Source: Ginglymostoma cirratum
Taxonomy: Eukaryota
Assembly: GCA_024137785.1 (NCBI GenBank)
Contig: JAHRHZ010000016.1
Coordinates: 33,879,339 to 33,943,338 of the forward strand
Length of the DNA stretch: 64,000 nucleotides
Direction: 5' to 3'
The notes below the pieces were generated by a model. It searched no databases. It saw only the letters and a list, made by a program, of their open reading frames with translations, and was not told the origin of the DNA. A program made the translations under genes and the position numbers. Positions within the stretch are counted from its first letter, which is position 1. The number at the start of each line of letters is the position of its first letter. Shown here piece after piece: positions 61,380 to 64,000 of this stretch.

Positions 61380-62075
61380 ACCATTCGACCAACCTCTAGA
61401 GATGAAAGTGACACACATTTACGCCACACAAATGCCAGGCAATATCACTGACCAGAAACTCAACTGGACTTGCTACATAAATACAGTGGCTACAAGAGTA
61501 GGCCACAAGCCAGGGATACTGCGGTGAGTAACTCAATTCCTGACTCCCCAAAGCCTGTCTGCCATCTATGAGGCACAAGTCAGGAGTGTGGTGGAATACT
61601 CCCCACTTGCCTGGATGAGTGCAGCTCCAACAACACTCATGAAGCATGACGTCTTCCAGGACAAAGCAGCCCGCTTGATTGGCACCACATCAGCAAGCAT
61701 CCACTCCGTCCACCACTGATGCTCTGTAGCAGCAGTGTGTACTATCTACAAGATACACTGCAGAAATTCACCAAAGACCCTTAGACAGCACCTTCCAAAT
61801 CCATAACCAATTCCATCTAGAAGGACAAGGGCAGCAGATACCTGGGAACACCATAACCTGCAAGTTCCCCTCCAAGCCACTGACCATCCTGACTTGTAAA
61901 TATATCACTATTCCTTCATTGTCACTGGATCAAAATCCTGGAATGGCCTCTTTAAGGGTGTTTTTTTATTGACAACACATGGACTGCAGTAGTTCCACCT
62001 TCTCAAGAGCAATTAGGGACCAGCAATAAATGATGGCCCAGCAAGTGACTCTCACGTCCCAAGACTGAACTAAGA
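61380..62075 (+). mobile_element. LINE 3' fragment (another at 63040-63385)
   Basis: DQKLNWTCYINTVATRVGHKPGILR, YEAQVRSVVEYSPLAW and the shared 3' tail. Confidence 0.75.
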
Positions 62076-63390
62076 AAAAACCTGATCTTTCAGCAAACAT
62101 TTGAATTGCTCATGGCTTCACCTTCAATGCCACTCCATTGGTAATACAAATAGCCTGCAGGTGAGCATTTGCAGTTATGAACCTATGTTCCACTACTCTG
62201 AATTATTCAGGGGAATTGAGAGTTATCGGGTGTAGATGGGAATGTAGAATTTGAAAGTCAAACAGACGATCCATGATCTAATTGAATAGCAGTGCAGGAA
62301 TGAGTGTCCAAATGGTTTTCTTCTGTTCTTATTTTGCATGTTCACATATTGAATGAACCTGCCTCTACCACTCTCTGGGAAGAGAATTCTATATACTCAT
62401 AACCATCCAAATGAAAAAAAAATCCATCTGAAAGGGGGGAAGCCCAGTATTTTCAAACTGTGTCCTCTAGTTCTCGTCTGCCCCCCACAAGAAATATGTA
62501 CCTGTCAAGTCCCCTCAGGATATTATATATTTCAATAAGATTACTTGTCCTTCTTCTGAACTAAAATGAATATAGTTCAGCTTGTCTATCCTTCCTGCAC
62601 AAAGTAAGACCCCCATCCCAAGTGTTCATCAAATAAATTTTCTGCGAGCACCTTCTAATGCATTTACAAGCTTTCTAATGTAAAGAAATCAAAACTGTGT
62701 AAAGTACTCCAGATATGGTCCCACTAATGTTCTGTGTAACTGGAGGAAAACATCTTTACTTCCATATTCTATTCCCCTTGCAGAAATTGACAACATTCTA
62801 TTTTTCTTCTTAATCACTTCCTGTACCTGTATGTTAATTTTGTGATTCACATACCAGCACACACAGATTCCTCAGTACCTCTGAGTTCTGTAATCTCTTT
62901 CTAGTTAAATAATATGCTGCTTTTCTGTTCTTAAATTTACCGCCATGTGTGTCCAATGATCCCTACTGCAGACTTTAGAGATTCTCGGTACCAAAGTATG
63001 TACAAATTAAATGCCTTCTCTATCTGGACATATTTACACTTTGTGCTGCAGAAATTCACCAAAGATCCTCAGACAGCACCTTCCAAACCCACAACCACTT
63101 CCATCCAGAAAGACAAGGGCAGCAGTTATATGGGAACACCACCACCTCCAAGTTCCCCTCCAAGCCACTCACCATCCTGAGTTGGAAATATATCGCCATT
63201 CCTTCACTTTCACTGGGTCAAAATCCTGGAATGACCTTCCTAATGGCATTGTGGATCAACCCACAGCAGGAGGACTGCAGTGGTTCAAGAAGGCAGCTCA
63301 CCATCACATTCTCAACGGCAACTAGGGATGGGCAAGAAATGCTGGCCAGCCAGCGACACCCACATCCTACAAATGAATAGAAAAATAAAT

Positions 63391-64000
63391 TAGCCAAATT
63401 CTTAGATGCGTACGCTATTGGGCCTACCTCTCCATTGGGCCACCTATGTGCTAATACTACCCCGATGCCGTACAGGGAGGCATCGCATGTCAGTATCACA
63501 TCTCAGTTGGGGCCATATTGAGTCAACTCCTTAGAGGATGATAACTGTTTCTTCACTTCCCTGAAAGTTATGGCTTGGCTACGCAACTATTTCCAAGGCT
63601 GACCCTTTTTTAAGAGTTGATGCAAAGGTGCTAGGATGGAGGCCAGGTTATGTATGAACTTTCCGTAATAATTCAGCAACCCAAGGAAAAACCTAAGCTC
63701 TGGTACAAACGTGGGAGCTGGGGCACCTTTGATCAACCTCAGTTTATCTTCCAATGGCTGTACCTCGGTCTTGTTGACTCTGTAGCCCAAGTCGGTCACT
63801 TAGGGTGCCTGGAACACCAGTTTTCTTTTCTTATGTGTATGCCCGCCTGGGAGAAATATCTAAGGACTATGCCCAAGTTCTCTAAGTACTCCTTATTGGT
63901 CTTCGTGGTTATTAGAAAGTCATCTAGATAGATGTTGACCTGAGGTAGACATTGTAAAATTATCCGCTGAAATAATTGCACAGGCTGACGATACCCCAAA
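63391..64000 (-). mobile_element. Ty3/Gypsy LTR-retrotransposon pol remnant (RT-RNase H)
   Basis: YLDDFLI, ELRFFLGLLNYYGKFIHNLASILAPLHQLLKK and LTCDASLYGIGVVLAH..PIAYASKNL, with frameshifts. Confidence 0.9.

Noticed and set aside
61187-64000. CHORD gene exon 3 (GWSCC...)
   Set aside because: Not found in the window; the remainder is intronic LINE/Gypsy sequence.

Overview
Eukaryotic vertebrate DNA; the repeat landscape (CR1 LINEs, Penelope-like elements, tRNA-derived SINEs) suggests a cartilaginous fish. Most six-frame ORFs are noise or transposon debris; the real genes are spliced. In order: the last two coding exons and 3'UTR of a cationic amino-acid transporter (SLC7A1-3 family, probably SLC7A3; +); SNRNP35 (single coding exon, -); a complete five-exon UBL3-family gene (116 aa, CCVIL CaaX; +); and the first two exons of a CHORD-domain gene, probably ITGB1BP2/melusin (+). 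Three observations stand out. (1) A decayed gene of at least seven exons lies at about 17.3-25.8 kb. Its splice phases are consistent and its frame is restored when an LTR, a CR1 and a SINE are removed, but I cannot name the protein. (2) Many short Penelope-derived insertions carry minimal hammerhead-ribozyme cores. At least four families occur, often as fold-back palindromes with target-site duplications, and both 400-N gaps lie in or abut such palindromes. (3) The UBL3 copy looks like an ancient paralogue (ubl3b type) in the SLC7A3/ITGB1BP2 paralogon. Reference sequences are recalled from memory, not searched.
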